Positions 36,801 to 48,890 of a stretch of 64,000 bases of DNA are shown here, piece by piece. The stretch covers positions 54,250,001 to 54,314,000 of the forward strand of contig CM060732.1 of the NCBI GenBank assembly GCA_030704615.1. The letters are read 5' to 3'. A program made the translations under genes and the position numbers. How positions within the stretch are numbered: position 1 is the stretch's first letter; the number at the start of each line of letters is the position of its first letter. This stretch comes from Takakia lepidozioides (taxonomy: Eukaryota; Plantae; Bryophyta). Under the pieces are notes generated by a model. It searched no databases. It was given only the letters and a program-made list of their open reading frames with translations, and had not been told where the DNA came from.

Positions 36801-38274
36801 CAATGCTATCAACTTCCATCCTGTACGTCAAAGAAACCCCTATTCCATTCTAAAGCTTCTGTTTGTTAACCTGTCACAGTTGTTTTTGCATACTCTGTCT
36901 TGACCAAGCCAATTCTTTGGGGTTGTTTGTTGCGTAAGGTGACATCTCGATGAATTTTGCAGGTCCACGCCACTTTTGCTACTGCGGGTTCGGATGGAGC
37001 TTATAACTTTTGGGACAAGGACAGCAAACAAAGACTCAAGGTATGTAGTTTAAGATTAAATTACGAGTTTGGGGGCAGGGTTGCGGTTCTCTGCACCCTT
37101 GCTCCAATCTTAGCTCACCTGTACGTTATCACTCACCATCTACCTGTCTCACTATAAGAATGCTTGTTTGGTCTCTATCGGAATTTTCTATAAGGAAAAT
37201 CAGTTGACTACAACAGTCCTACAGATATAGTCAAGTAAATACTGAGACTCATGTGAATCTTTTTGTGGACTTACAGGCACTGCAGAGGTGTAATCAGCCC
37301 ATTCCGTGCTGTACCTTCAACAATGATGGGACCATCTTCGCTTATGCGGTAATGTCTAGATGCTGATGTTGCTGTGCCTCTATGGGAGTGGTAGAATGTA
37401 CTCATAAGACGTTTGCCGTAGCCTTGTGGCCATTGACCCAGCGCCCAGTTTGAGCGGAACACAAAGGGACAGAACGTACCTCTGTCAGGGGCTGACGTTG
37501 GTAGTAAGACTTACCTTGATACAAAAATTTGATCCGGGTTTTCCAGATGTCCTCTAGAAATCCCTTCACACAAGCATCAATCTGCTGTGTGTGATTTGCC
37601 CAAAAACTAGGCCTCAGAAGGGCCTGGGCTTTTGGCTCAGCCTCGAGACTTTCAAAGTTAGTAAACAGAAGTACAGGCACAATTCCCTTGATAGATTTGA
37701 GGAGAGCGTCTCTTTGGTGAGAGAACCCCGGACAGTGAATCAGAAAATGAATATTGCCTTCAGGTTGCCCACACAACGGGCAATTGCACTCTCCCTTTCC
37801 TCTCTGCTTCTGCTTGCTCTTCAAAGGTAGGCTTCCTGCCCTGAGTTTAAATTTCAGTGTCTAGTGCCGAGAGTGGGTAGACCCTTGAGGTCATCCAAGA
37901 TGTGAGTGCAATTGTGGGAGTGGTAGAGAGAGAGAGGGATATGTACCATCTGCAGGAGGCCCAAGTATAGAGGGAGAGAGACAGGTGACTGATAGTGAGG
38001 GATAATGGTCCAGGTGAGCTATGATTGGAGCAAGGGTGCCGAAAATCACAATCCTGCGCAAGCGAGAAATTTCATCCTCTTGCATCCAACTCAGGTACCT
38101 TGTTTCTCCAGAACTTCCTGGTAAGCTGTCATTGTACTTCAGATGGGGAGAGATACTGTTCCCTCCTGGCTATGATGTAGCTGCAGGATACTACCAAAGC
38201 TAATGTGGGATGGCTCATTGCAGGACTCAGAAGTGAAAGGAAAGCCACGGGTTGCTACAAGTGGCAGAAAGTGA
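33813..38274 (+). CDS. RAE1: RAE1 mRNA export factor (WD40), multi-exon
   Basis: Exons translate to HNPNKSFE|[15 protein letters not shown]...SSWDNQ|VRCWEI...|...HDAPIKD...[10 protein letters not shown]|YWDLRQ...|[15 protein letters not shown]|[12 protein letters not shown]...FTFKCHR|[11 protein letters not shown]|...[11 protein letters not shown]|[14 protein letters not shown]|[16 protein letters not shown], with GT-AG introns. Divergent from the SET gene by ~415 bp. Confidence 0.96.
35650..36250 (-). mobile_element. Non-LTR retrotransposon 3' fragment (copy B) with a tandem duplicated 3' end, in a RAE1 intron
   Basis: [16 protein letters not shown] finger. Two GGCTACGGCAAACAAAGTC...GAGTACAT 3' ends (~35660 and ~35750), each followed by TC repeats. 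Confidence 0.75.
37396..37897 (-). mobile_element. Non-LTR retrotransposon 3' fragment (copy C) in a RAE1 intron
   Basis: ORF 37402..37824 with [18 protein letters not shown] and FLEDIWKTR, typical of a LINE ORF2 C-terminus. TGGGAGTGGTAGA is duplicated on both sides. Confidence 0.8.
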
Positions 38275-38563
38275 GTACAAATCAGGTTTTGTACAGTCCA
38301 GACCTTTTTTGTACAGCAACCCTATCTGTGGTTGCCGCCATGAGTCAGTTTGAAGCAGGCAGTGCAAATGGTTCTTTTTCCTGCGTGATGGGCCAAGTCT
38401 GGGGCCCTGCGTTTGACCTGGCGGGAGCTGTGTAGACTAGTCTAGTTTAGGCTTCATATCTTTGCGATGCAGGGTTGTAGTCTTTAGTGCCCTTGCACCT
38501 AGGGTTTCGAGATCTCTTGAATGTGCGAGCCCTTTTCTCCTAGGTAGGATGTCAATTGTACAA

Positions 38564-39000
38564 TATGCAGTTGCAGGTCAGAACATCAGTCTGGATTTCA
38601 GGGACTTTACCGACTCATGGATTGAATCTCAGATTCTCAATTGTCCGGATTTAATTTCTGGCCGAATGGAATGGAGATGAATCACTTTAAGTAGTACAAT
38701 ATTGTACTACGAGAAATTGAAGTTTCGAGACTCTCTGACACCAGTAGTATGGCCTCCTTTGCCACCTCCCTCTCGTTTTCCAGAGGCACCATTCACTTGT
38801 CATGGTGCTGGATCGCATTTGTGTTTGCGCACAGTAGTGGACACCTGATGGGTCCACAGAATTCTGGTTAGCCCTGGCAATCACAGATATCTTTGCAGAT
38901 GACGCGAGCATAATCATGTAGTCGCGAACATCACTGTACTCAGTGGATTTGTGCAGTCCCTCCTCTACTCCAAACTGATCATTTCTGGTTGACGCTTTGT
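38564..39000 (+). repeat. ~440-bp dispersed direct repeat (partner 56339-56790)
   Basis: Both copies begin ATGCAGTTGCAGGTCA.AACATCAG and share long blocks such as GATTCTGGTTAGCCCTGGCAATCACAGATATCTTTGCAGATGACGCGAGCATAATCATGTAGTCG. Confidence 0.9.
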
Positions 39001-39039
39001 ATCAAGTTCCCTTATGAGCATTCACTGTCCAGTCAAACG

Positions 39040-39116
39040 CAAGAAGGTTGCAAGGGGATGTGACCTGATTGTCCCAAGATGAAGCAATTACAAGGTAGTT
39101 AGCCGTTGTACTGAAA
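39040..39116 (-). pseudogene. Inverted fragment of RAE1 exon 2 plus intron start
   Basis: Reads FSTTANYLVIASSWDNQ|GTCACATCCCCTTGCAACC, matching 34063-34130. Confidence 0.85.
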
Positions 39117-40149
39117 CAATCTGAAGGAAGGTGGTCGGTTTGAAATGTCTTATAACCACACATAGGGCGATACTTGGGGTCTAGTGCTGAGGGTAGGTAG
39201 TAATGAGATACGAACAATGGAAATTGTCGAGCTTGCAAAGCTACAGGAAAGACACCCAAAACAATGCCTGCAATGTGAACATCATATCGAAAGACCTAAT
39301 TGTACAGACCTTAAATCTTTGGTCTTATGTGAGATGTGTTAGTGGATGCTCAAAGAAATTTTTACTCTTTATTTATACTTCCTCTCCATGACATTACATC
39401 CAGCACTCAAGACCCCACTATCTGGACGTCTGGACCCCATTGTCTTCAAACTCTTTGTTTCATGAATTTCTCTCGTGTTTAGTCTAGTATCAATTTTTGT
39501 ACTATCCCAATTGATGGTCTATATGTACAATTTTGTTATGGGAATTGTATAGTGGGCACAGTTGAGTAGAACGTGACATCCTTAAGTTTCAATAAGCTCT
39601 GGTAAGAACGTCTTGAGCCTAAGGCCTTACCAGTTTACCATCAATGCCTCAGAGCAGCTGACGTAATTTGAAAGTCTTAAGCATAGCATGGCGTTGTCCC
39701 TCCTCTTCCTTTGCAGAAAATTGGAAGTCTGGAATGACACCCTTTCTGGATAACACATCACAATTTCCAAGTCAGACAAACATTGAGCATAGATCAATTC
39801 AGTGATAACAATGACAACAAATATCACAAGCATACATAGAAGTGAGATTTCATTTTTATGGTGTTTTTCTCTCCCTCGTCAAAATCCACAATTCCTACCT
39901 TATGGATAGTTTACGTACGCAGGAAGCCCAAAGTACCTATCCAACCGGAATATTTCAAAAGTAATATCCAAGGAAAGATGCAAGGCTCAATATGTTCCCA
40001 CCTGATGCTGTCTGAAGACAACGTGCCTAACAGATAGTAAGGGCCCTGTGATAGGCCAGTCCCTGGCTTGATTTTATTGCAAGCGTGTGAGCTGACAGGT
40101 ATGGCCCGTGCGGTACAGCCGGAACCCTGCTCCGGCAGCCTCGTTGGCG

Positions 40150-41590
40150 AGCTGGACGCCCCAGGTCAAATCATCCCCGCCTCCGGCCGACCCCTCCGGT
40201 GCTCCCCGCACCCCACCCGCCCCCCCCCACGCGGCGCCCCCACACCACCGCCCAGTCTCCAGCCACGTGGCAGCAACCCGCTGTGGATCCCGTCACTGGG
40301 TTGATCCCCCATCCAGTGCCGGAGTGATCCCCTACCCCCATCTCCAGCCACATGGCGCTCCCCCGAACCGTTGATCCCCTCCTCATCCATCCAACCTCAG
40401 TTAAATGGATGATGTGGGTCATCCACCCCTCCCCCCCCCCCCCGCGCAGGGGATGGATGGCGGCCGGATGAAGGGCGATGACGCGTCACCCGAATTGTTG
40501 ATCCCTTGCGCATCCATCCAACCTCACAAACAATGGATGATGTGGGTCATCGGCCCCTCATCCCCCCGCCATCATCCCGCGCAGGGGATGGATGATGGCT
40601 GGATGAAGGGGCGATGACGCGTCCATCGCCACGTGGCGCTCCCCCCGCCGTTGATCCCCTTGTCCCATCCACGGCGCACTCCCCCCCCCCCCCCCCGAGA
40701 CATTGCCACTCCCCCGACCAGGCTTGATCCCCCTCCAGACCGGGAGTGATCCCCCACCCCTAATCGCCCGCCACGTGCTGCTCCCCCAAACCGTCGATCC
40801 TCTCCGCATCCATCGAACCTCCAAACAAAGGGTGTTCTGGGTCATCCGCCCCTCATCCCCCAGCCATCCTCCCGCGCAGGGGATGGACGACGGCCGGATG
40901 AAGGCCCCATGACGCGTCCATCGCCACGTGGCGCTCCCCCGCCGTTGATCCCCTCATCCCATCCACGGCGCGATCCCCCGAGACGTCGCCGCTCCCCCGA
41001 CCGAGCTTGATCCCCCCTCTGGACCGGTAGTGATCCCCCACCCCTAATCGCCCACCACGTGCTACTCCCTTGAACCATCGATCCTCTGCGCATCCATCCA
41101 ATCTCAAAACAATGGATGTTCTGGGTTCATCCGCCCCTCATCCCCTGCCATCCTCCCGCGGAGGAGGATGGACGACGGCTGGATGAAGGGCCCATGACAC
41201 TGATACGCCACGTGGCGCTCCCCCGCCGTAGATCCCCTCATCCCATCGACGGTGCGCGATCCCTGGGCCATCGCTGGTTACCCCCCCCCGGCCCCCTCGG
41301 TGGACCCCCCCGTCAAATGCGGTGACTGATCCCCTCCAGCCATCGGCCGGCACGTGCTGCTCCCCGAACCGTCCATCCCTACGCATCCATCCAACCTGAA
41401 ACTGGGTCATCCGCGGTCCCCCGCATTCGCCCCTCCTCCCCATCCACGTGGCGACCCCCCGAGCCACTCCCCCCCGCCTCGGTTGATCCCCCGTCCAAAC
41501 CGGGAATTGATCCCCCTCTCGTCTTCTACCACCACGTGGCGGTCTCCGTAGCCGTGGATCCCCTCGTCCCATCCACGGCGCGATCTGTGG
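40150..41590. repeat. GC-rich imperfect tandem array (~280-bp units), probable subterminal region of a second MULE
   Basis: Units repeat CCCCTCATCCCC...GGATGGA...GGATGAAGG...CCACGTGGCGCTCCCCC...GATCCCC. Strongly C-skewed on the plus strand. Confidence 0.7.
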
Positions 41591-42148
41591 ATGCATATAT
41601 TGGTACACTTTTCTTTTCAGATCGTTTTTTATCATAAGACAAGCGGTTTCGGCATTGTACTGCCAAAACAATTTGTTAGTTGTCTGGAAATCATTGGTAA
41701 AGCACGTAGGAAATTAGACAGTGTCTGCGACGACCGAAGAGTGGAACTCTGGCGTCAAGATGACCGTAGGAAGCTGCATCGACAGCAGATTAGGCTGCCG
41801 ATTCGGTACCAGAAACGGCGAGGTAATCCTGTTCGAACATTACATGACGACTGTTCCAGTCCCAGATTGCGATCTCTCTTTCCTCCCGCCTTTCAAATCC
41901 AGTAGGAACACACGGTGAGGAGCTTGGCAATTGGTGGAAGCGACATGTACAACAATGAAATATCGCAACAAAGCAATTGGCCGCATCAGAATGACAACAA
42001 GTCAGAACGACTTCAAATGGCAAAGCGTGGACTTGTTAGCGGTGCGGGACAACTGGGGGGGAACTCGGACAACCTATGACTCAGTGGCAGGTCAAAGACC
42101 CCAGCCATCACCAGGGATTTGATTTCCAAAAATACCACAAAATTTATG

Positions 42149-42992
42149 TGTAGTGAAAATACGACGAATGGCGAGAAGCGCAACTTTTGAACCACCGATG
42201 AAGCTGAGAATTTACAGGCTGATACGAGGTATATAATTGTAGTTTTTCACCAAGTTTGGTGATTTATGGAGCTGATTAGCAGCGGGGCCAAATTATTGAG
42301 TCGACGGTACTCACAGGTCCTATTATTTACATTTCTACTTCTTGGATGGATGAAAAATCCTGGAATTCGCCTTGAGGAGCTGGATGGATGAATTAAAACT
42401 CGCGCCAATCGGTCATCCAATTGGATGGACGAAAAACCAGCTTTTATTTCTAAGACTTTTCATCCATATTGAATATTATATTATAGATCCTCCAAAGAAA
42501 CAATAGTTAATGAATATTTTCCATTAGTTTATTAGGCTCAAAGACAGTATAAAAGAAGGGCAAGGCTTCTCTTGTTCTTCATCTAGTTCTTTCTCTTGCT
42601 TAGTTTCCTCTTGTTGTTGTAGTGTAGTTTGAGGCTTGAGGAGGCTAGATCCTAGGGAGTGGAGCTTGAAGCTCCATAGTTAGGTAGAATTCTTGTAAGC
42701 TAAGGCAAGTGGCCTAGCTTGTGGGCCTTTGAGCCATTTCATTTGTAAAGGAAGAAGACAATTTCATGTGAAAGAAAGTGACTTGAGGACGAGTAGAAGG
42801 GGCTGCTGTGGACTTATGGACGAGAGCCCAAGTGGAGGCCACATAGAGTACCATTACTTGAGTCGATAGAGTATCCCAAGCATTCTCGTATTAAAATGTT
42901 GATCCCATCTTACCATTTCACCATTTATGTATGTGATTCATTTATTTTCCAAGCAAAGCTTGAAGTTGAAAATCTGATTTAGGCTCTTCAAC
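42149..42992 (+). mobile_element. LTR-like fragment
   Basis: TG start and ...TTCAACA end, TATAAA at ~42548, and a GGATGGATGAAAA motif shared with the LTR at 13389. No TSD or PBS confirmed. Confidence 0.3.
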
Positions 42993-44859
42993 AGAGGAGA
43001 GTGCATTGTGGAATCCCACTATTTCATGTCTAGATTTGACAAGGGGAAGAACCCCATAGCCTATTGGAAAGGGTACCAATAGAGGTTTGTATTTGAATTG
43101 TTTGAAGAAGGAATATTTGTGTTTTTGGTTACTAATTTGAAATATAGCTAGCTCTGGAAAAGGAAGGCCAGCAGACTGGATCTATGATATAAGGCCACTA
43201 TAAGGTTACTATGTGTTAATTCCCTCCCCCCACTAGCAAGCCATGGAGGCCTAGGGGAGGGTGGGTTGTATTTTTTTTTGTCTTGGGGTTTGGGCGGGCT
43301 AATTTCGCTTGACAGCAGCTGCTCCAAAGTCGCGAGCAGCCCGGGTGCTGCGCCTAAAGAGTGGGCACTCGATTACTAAAACCGTGGAGGCAGCCGTGGC
43401 CCAGCCACGACATACGGGGAGCGGGGCCCAGCGCTCACCTTAAGTCGTACTGAGATCAAGTACATCAGCCGCGTGGCTCAGGCGTGAGGCCCTGAAGCGT
43501 GCGAGCAAAGGGCGGGTCTTTACCCGCAGGATAACCAAAAGCTGAGACGGACAGGCGGACACTGGCGTTAACCACAGCGGTCCACAGCTTGGATCGCTAC
43601 GCGCGGATCTGTGCCCTGCCATGTGGCGGGGGCGTTTTACCCAGCAGACAATGACGTCTGCAAATTCCCTGAAAATGGGGTATTCTTACCTTTAGCTATT
43701 AGATTCAATTTATACCCCTCTAAGGATTAAGAGCCATTATCTAAGGCGCCAGTGGTAGATAAAATCTAGGATTTTGGGAGGACGTAGCCTTGGGGGGAGC
43801 GTTCTTATGACTCCAAAAGAGTGCCAAGCGGGTCTGTGAGCAGTGAGTTAGAGGCGGAGACCTCGAGAGACAAGGGAGGAGAGAAAATACTTTGTTCTAA
43901 AAATTCGGCTACAGTGCGCCTTTATATCAGAGCCCAAGGTAGATGACGACTTTTTCCACGGAGGGAAAGCGCACTAGCGCCTTAAAATAATGTAAAGGGG
44001 TGAAATCTGGCCTTGGACCCACCAGTGGTTATTTTATTATTTACGCATGCATGTTCTGGACTAACGAATGTAGTGGCAGGGATGAGCTCTCAGCGAAATT
44101 CATTCATCCGATAGGGCCGCGGCGGTTCCCCGTAGCAGGGAACGGTTCCGGGATGTTCCTCGGTTCTCATTGGGTTCCCACGGGGTTCCCAATGGCATCT
44201 TTAGGCGCCAAGGGAATCTTTGGATTCCCCACATGATTTTCCATAGGGGAGGTATTTTTCCTGATTTTCTTAATTTTTTTTATTTTCCAGCATTTCTGAT
44301 TTACGAAAATTGCTTAAATAGGATAGATGTACGTGGTGCACGTTATAGCCTGAAGGGTGTTGATTAAGTTTATTGAACTTATTGATTTGAGGGGCTTAGA
44401 ACCACCTTATTGAACTTGGTGAACCTATTGGATTTTGATAGGTATTTTGGCCACTCTTTTGCCAGGACAAAATATTTTAGTCACAGGGGTAGGAAGCGTT
44501 GGCCCTTCTATCAGAGATTAGGGGACCATACACATGGGCCAAATTCCATTATGTATATTGCTCTGTATATGTTAGGACCATTTTGGGAGCATGACGTGTA
44601 CTTGTGTGATTCGTAGTGAGGGGTGCGTCGGCAGGAGGGAAGACAGCTTAGCAAATGCATGCCTTCGGGGGTTATAGAGAGGAATGATGGAGGGATGGTC
44701 TCCTTCCAGGGGATCATGGCATAGCCCACAGGGGGGATCACAGAATACTAAAATGAGAACAGAAGGGGTTACAGGGTTCGGGGTTGACCTCCTGTGATTT
44801 CTTGTCATTAATTTCAGTAAAATGTTTCGCATATTTTCAAAACAAAAGTACTTACATTG

Positions 44860-46944
44860 CACAGTACTTACATGCCATGTATACTATTATGGTCTTCGAC
44901 ATTTGGCTGAACGGCATCCCTGTTGCATACATAATATCTTCAAGAAACAATGCCAATGATTTGTCAAGTTGGATGTTGCCTCTTCGTCAAAGGCTCCAGG
45001 CCGATCAGCCGGATTGGCGTCCCAACGCATTCATTGTGGACGATGTCGATGCTGAGATTAACACCATTCGGTTTGTTCGCAATCCCTCCCCCCTACCAAT
45101 GAACTTCCATTGCCTTGCTGCTTCTGCATGAGGGGAGCACTGAGAGGGGACCAGTCACAATGTTTCCTTGCGGGGGATCCGTGTACAGGGGACCAGGAGT
45201 GTGGGTTGCACGGGGGATCAATGAAAAGGGATCGATTATGGGATCAGTGATCAGGGGACCAGGAGACTCAAGGTTACCAGGGGATCAGGATCAGCAGATC
45301 TTAGATGCGACAATGATCGAGGGTCCAGGAGTCCAAGGTTGCATGGGGGGATCAGTGAAAGGGGATCAATTATGGGATCAGTGATCAGGGACTTGGGACA
45401 CTCAGGGTACCAGGGGATCAGGAGCAGCAGATCTTAGATCCGACAATGTGATTTTTATCGGCCTTTGACTAGCCATGGGAGGGCTCATGTATCTCCCTTT
45501 CATTGCCTTCACCGGATCTGTATGAGGGGTTCAGTCAAAGGGGATCAGGGGTTCAAGAGCAAAGGAGCACTTATCAGAGAATCATACTTGTATCTTATTT
45601 GTGGTGGTCTTGTTGTGGTATTGTAGTGGCCTTGCTAATGCGGTTTTGTGGATGGTTCAAGCATACGTTCCCAGGGGTGCCGGTTTTCCTGTGCCTTTGG
45701 CATGTTCGAAGGGCCTGGCTGAGGAATGCCATCGAGAAGATCAACGATACCCAATTAAGGGCCGATGTCTTGCAATGTATGGGGGACATCATGTACAATA
45801 AAGGTGGTCCCATTGGTGACTCTTCGCAGGCCTGGGCTGTGTTTCAGTTGTATGACTTACAAACAAAGTATCTCGCAGCTGAACTGTTCTTCTTGTATAT
45901 CCACAAATGGTGGATCCCGAAAATGGACATGTGGGTTGTTGGAGCTCGAAATATCCCACATGCCGAACAAGATACGAATGCTGGAATTGAAGTGTACCAT
46001 GCCAATCTGAAGAGGCGCTTGTCCCAAACAAGATAGAAAATGGACGGGCGTCGACTGGATAGGTTGGTCTACATCCTAACAGGTAGCCTCATCCCACATT
46101 ATTGGTACATTTCGACCTTGAAAGCTAAAGGTTTCATTTGCAGCTATTCTAGGATGGAACATTTCGTACAAAATGCGGTGTGGATGGCTGGGCAGATATC
46201 GGAATCCAATGTGGAATTGCCCGAGCACATGGGGGATCCTGCGAAGGTAAAAAGCATGTCTTCTCCAGGCACTGTATACACTATATGCAATCCAGCATCC
46301 GAGTGGGCTTGTTGTGACTGCCCTAACGCCATGGAAGGGAACCTATGCAAGCATCAAGTGAAGGTGTTCAAGATGTTGCGGCCACATGTACCAGAGGGTT
46401 TAATTGTCCGAACTTGTGGAACACGACTTGGGACACTCAATGGGACATGGCCAAGCTGCTGGACCTTGATCCCCTGTCCGCTGCGGAGCCCCCGTGTGAC
46501 ACAGATCCCATGTGTGGCATTGATCCCCCTGTACCAGACACGGTTCCGCCTGACAATGTCTTGGGCGAGCAGCAGCCCCGCCATGAATCGGAGACAGCCG
46601 TCATGAAGGCCATCGCAGAGGAGATGCTCGGTTTGGAAGTCTGTGTCAAAGGTAATATGTCCCTTCAGAACCATCTTTTGAGTGACCTTCGTGTGACAAG
46701 AGGAAAGCTAGCGCAAATGGCCACACGCATGGCTGCAGGTCTTCTCCACCCACATCTTGTTAGAAGGTTTGAACATGTTCAGGATGGATCGAGAATGGGT
46801 TTGAAGAGAAGAAAGGATTGGGTAGAGGTTTCTATGTCACGGAAATCAAGACGTCTTGGATCGAAAAGAGTCTCAGCAATCCCTCCATCCTCGTCTATTT
46901 TGCATGCACTTTGTCAAGTTGGGCATCCCAGATTGAAGGGTTGA
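44860..46944 (+). pseudogene. MULE (SWIM-type) DDE transposase, spliced, with a stop and a frameshift; 5' part missing
   Basis: YTIMVFDIWLNGIPVAY...FIVDDVDAEINTI|...FLCLWHVRRAW...DTNAGIEVYHANLK, then a stop at 46036, RRLDRLV...CCDCP...CKH and a frameshift near 46445. Confidence 0.88.
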
Positions 46945-47439
46945 GAGCAAGCAGGTTTATGCTCTTGTGCTCCCATTCAAATTGCTGATTTCCCTGAGAT
47001 TGCATTCTCATCGAAACATTTGCTATCAAACAATTTCTCATAATTCAAAATGACTGAAGCTATGTTCAGTGATCCATGTGTTGTGTGATTGACAATAGAA
47101 TGAAAGAGATGTGGATGATCATCCACCTTTTATTGCATTTGAGTCTGTATGCATGCATTTGCAGTGATGTGCAAAACACAAATTACCGTGCACTATTATG
47201 TTTAGCCTTTAAATTGACACTCCTGAATTCCAATACTGCAAAACGATTGCCCGTAGTTTCTAGTGTATTTCCTGCCACCATTCTTGCAAGCACACTTCAC
47301 TCCCCTCCTCCCATCATCCCCCTCTTTGTGTAGTGCTTCGGCCTCTGCTCCCCTGAGCCTTCAGAGGTTCCCTGATCCCCCTGATCCCCCTTCTCATCAC
47401 AGTTGGCCCCCTGATACCCCTGCTTCTGTACCTCAGTAA

Positions 47440-47670
47440 ACAGGCTTTCCAAGACTGAATCAGGTGATGACCATACCTCATTTTGGGTGCATGGTTTGAA
47501 ATCCTTACCCATAAGTCGGTGATAAGCTTGGGTTCGGATGTGCTTTACACAAAGAAAACATACGTTGTTGTTAGCCTTATCAAGACCAGACATGTACAAG
47601 TGTTTAAGAAGCCAATCCAGTTCCTCCCGAGCTTCTTTTTTGACAAGTGGGTTACCCTCATGATGAGAGT
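47440..47670 (-). mobile_element. Possible Penelope-like retroelement RT fragment
   Basis: AREELDWLLKHLYMSGLDKANNNVCFLCVKHIR resembles the DKA.NN...C motif upstream of PLE RT cores, from recall. Confidence 0.45.
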
Positions 47671-47944
47671 AATTGCACCGTGTCAAACTGGCTTCCCAAT
47701 GGACTGATATGCCCGGTCTCCCTCGCCGTGCACTGCTCCCCCATGTATCACCCAAAGAGTTCGCTCAACAAGGCAGTGCGGCTGTCATTTGGCGGGGCAA
47801 TTATTGAAGCCAACACCTTGTGTTCAGTGACCCATGGTGTATTATGCGATTCACAGTCGTTCCATGACCCCCTCATCCGCCACATCCCTGCTTCTCTAAT
47901 CCACCTCCAGGATCCCCTCACCCCTTGGAGTAAAGGGGGACCGT

Positions 47945-48325
47945 TATGTCCCGGTGAGCTAGGTGGGAGTTAGGTGTGCATATCAAAGCGAGTAGCTATG
48001 ACGTGAAGGGGAGCTTATCGAAGTGAGGTGCGTGACACTTGGTATCAGAGCTTAGAGTTCAGTACGCGATCGTCCTTGAGATCGTTCACATCATGGAGTC
48101 GGGCAAGACAAAACGAAAGCGGAATGGCCCAAAAGATGATGATCCTAGTGAGTCCGATGGGGGCGACGTGTCACCGAAGTGACAATTGGAAGAGGCGATT
48201 CATGCTTCTGAAAGTGAGGCCGCTCAAGAACGGGAGGAATTTTGGGAGTCGGAGCCCGAGGACTTCCCAGAGGCTCCGCCAGACCAACAGATGCCTCCCA
48301 TGCCAGCAGCCTTTTGGGAAGGGTA
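47945..48325 (+). mobile_element. LTR retrotransposon fragment: LTR end, tRNA-iMet PBS and leader
   Basis: ...GTGACA CT TGGTATCAGAGC (PBS 48040-48051), followed by a degenerate acidic ORF start. Confidence 0.7.
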
Positions 48326-48382
48326 CTTGAGTTGGATGCAACGTGAGATAATTTATTTTTTGGGCAGGGTTGTAATATACTT

Positions 48383-48890
48383 ACGGGACCATCTTCACTT
48401 ATGCGGTAATGTCTAGAGGCATGTTGCTATGTCTCTATGAGAGTCGTAGAACGATAGGGATATTTATCATTTGCAGGAGGTTACTTGAGTTGAATGCAAC
48501 AAGATACAATTTCTCTTTTGGATAGGATTGTAATACTTGACACCCTTGCTCCAATCATAGCTCACCTAGATCATTATCACTGACCATTAGTCACATGTCT
48601 CTCTCCGTCTGTCTTTGGGAGAGGGAGATTTATCATTTGCAGGAGCCCCAAAGGCCCAAGGACAGAGGGAGAGAGATAGGTGACTAATGGATAGTCATTT
48701 AGTTGGGCTATGATTGGAGCAAATGTGCCGAGTATTAGAACCCTGCCCAAAAGAGAAATTGTATCATATTGCATCCACCATAGGTGGCCTCTTGCAAATG
48801 ATAAATCTCCCTCTCTCTCTACCACTCCTTATATGGAGGCACATCAACGTCAGCCTCTAGACATTAGCGCATAAGCGAAGATGGTGCCGT
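48383..48890. repeat. Long inverted repeat (foldback) composed of RAE1-derived sequence
   Basis: Arm 48383-~48619 is the imperfect reverse complement of ~48655-48890. The pieces match RAE1 37237-37395 and 37928-38097. Confidence 0.88.

Noticed and set aside
40068-41671. Many Pro/Gly/Arg-rich ORFs on both strands
   Set aside because: Products of the GC-rich tandem array.
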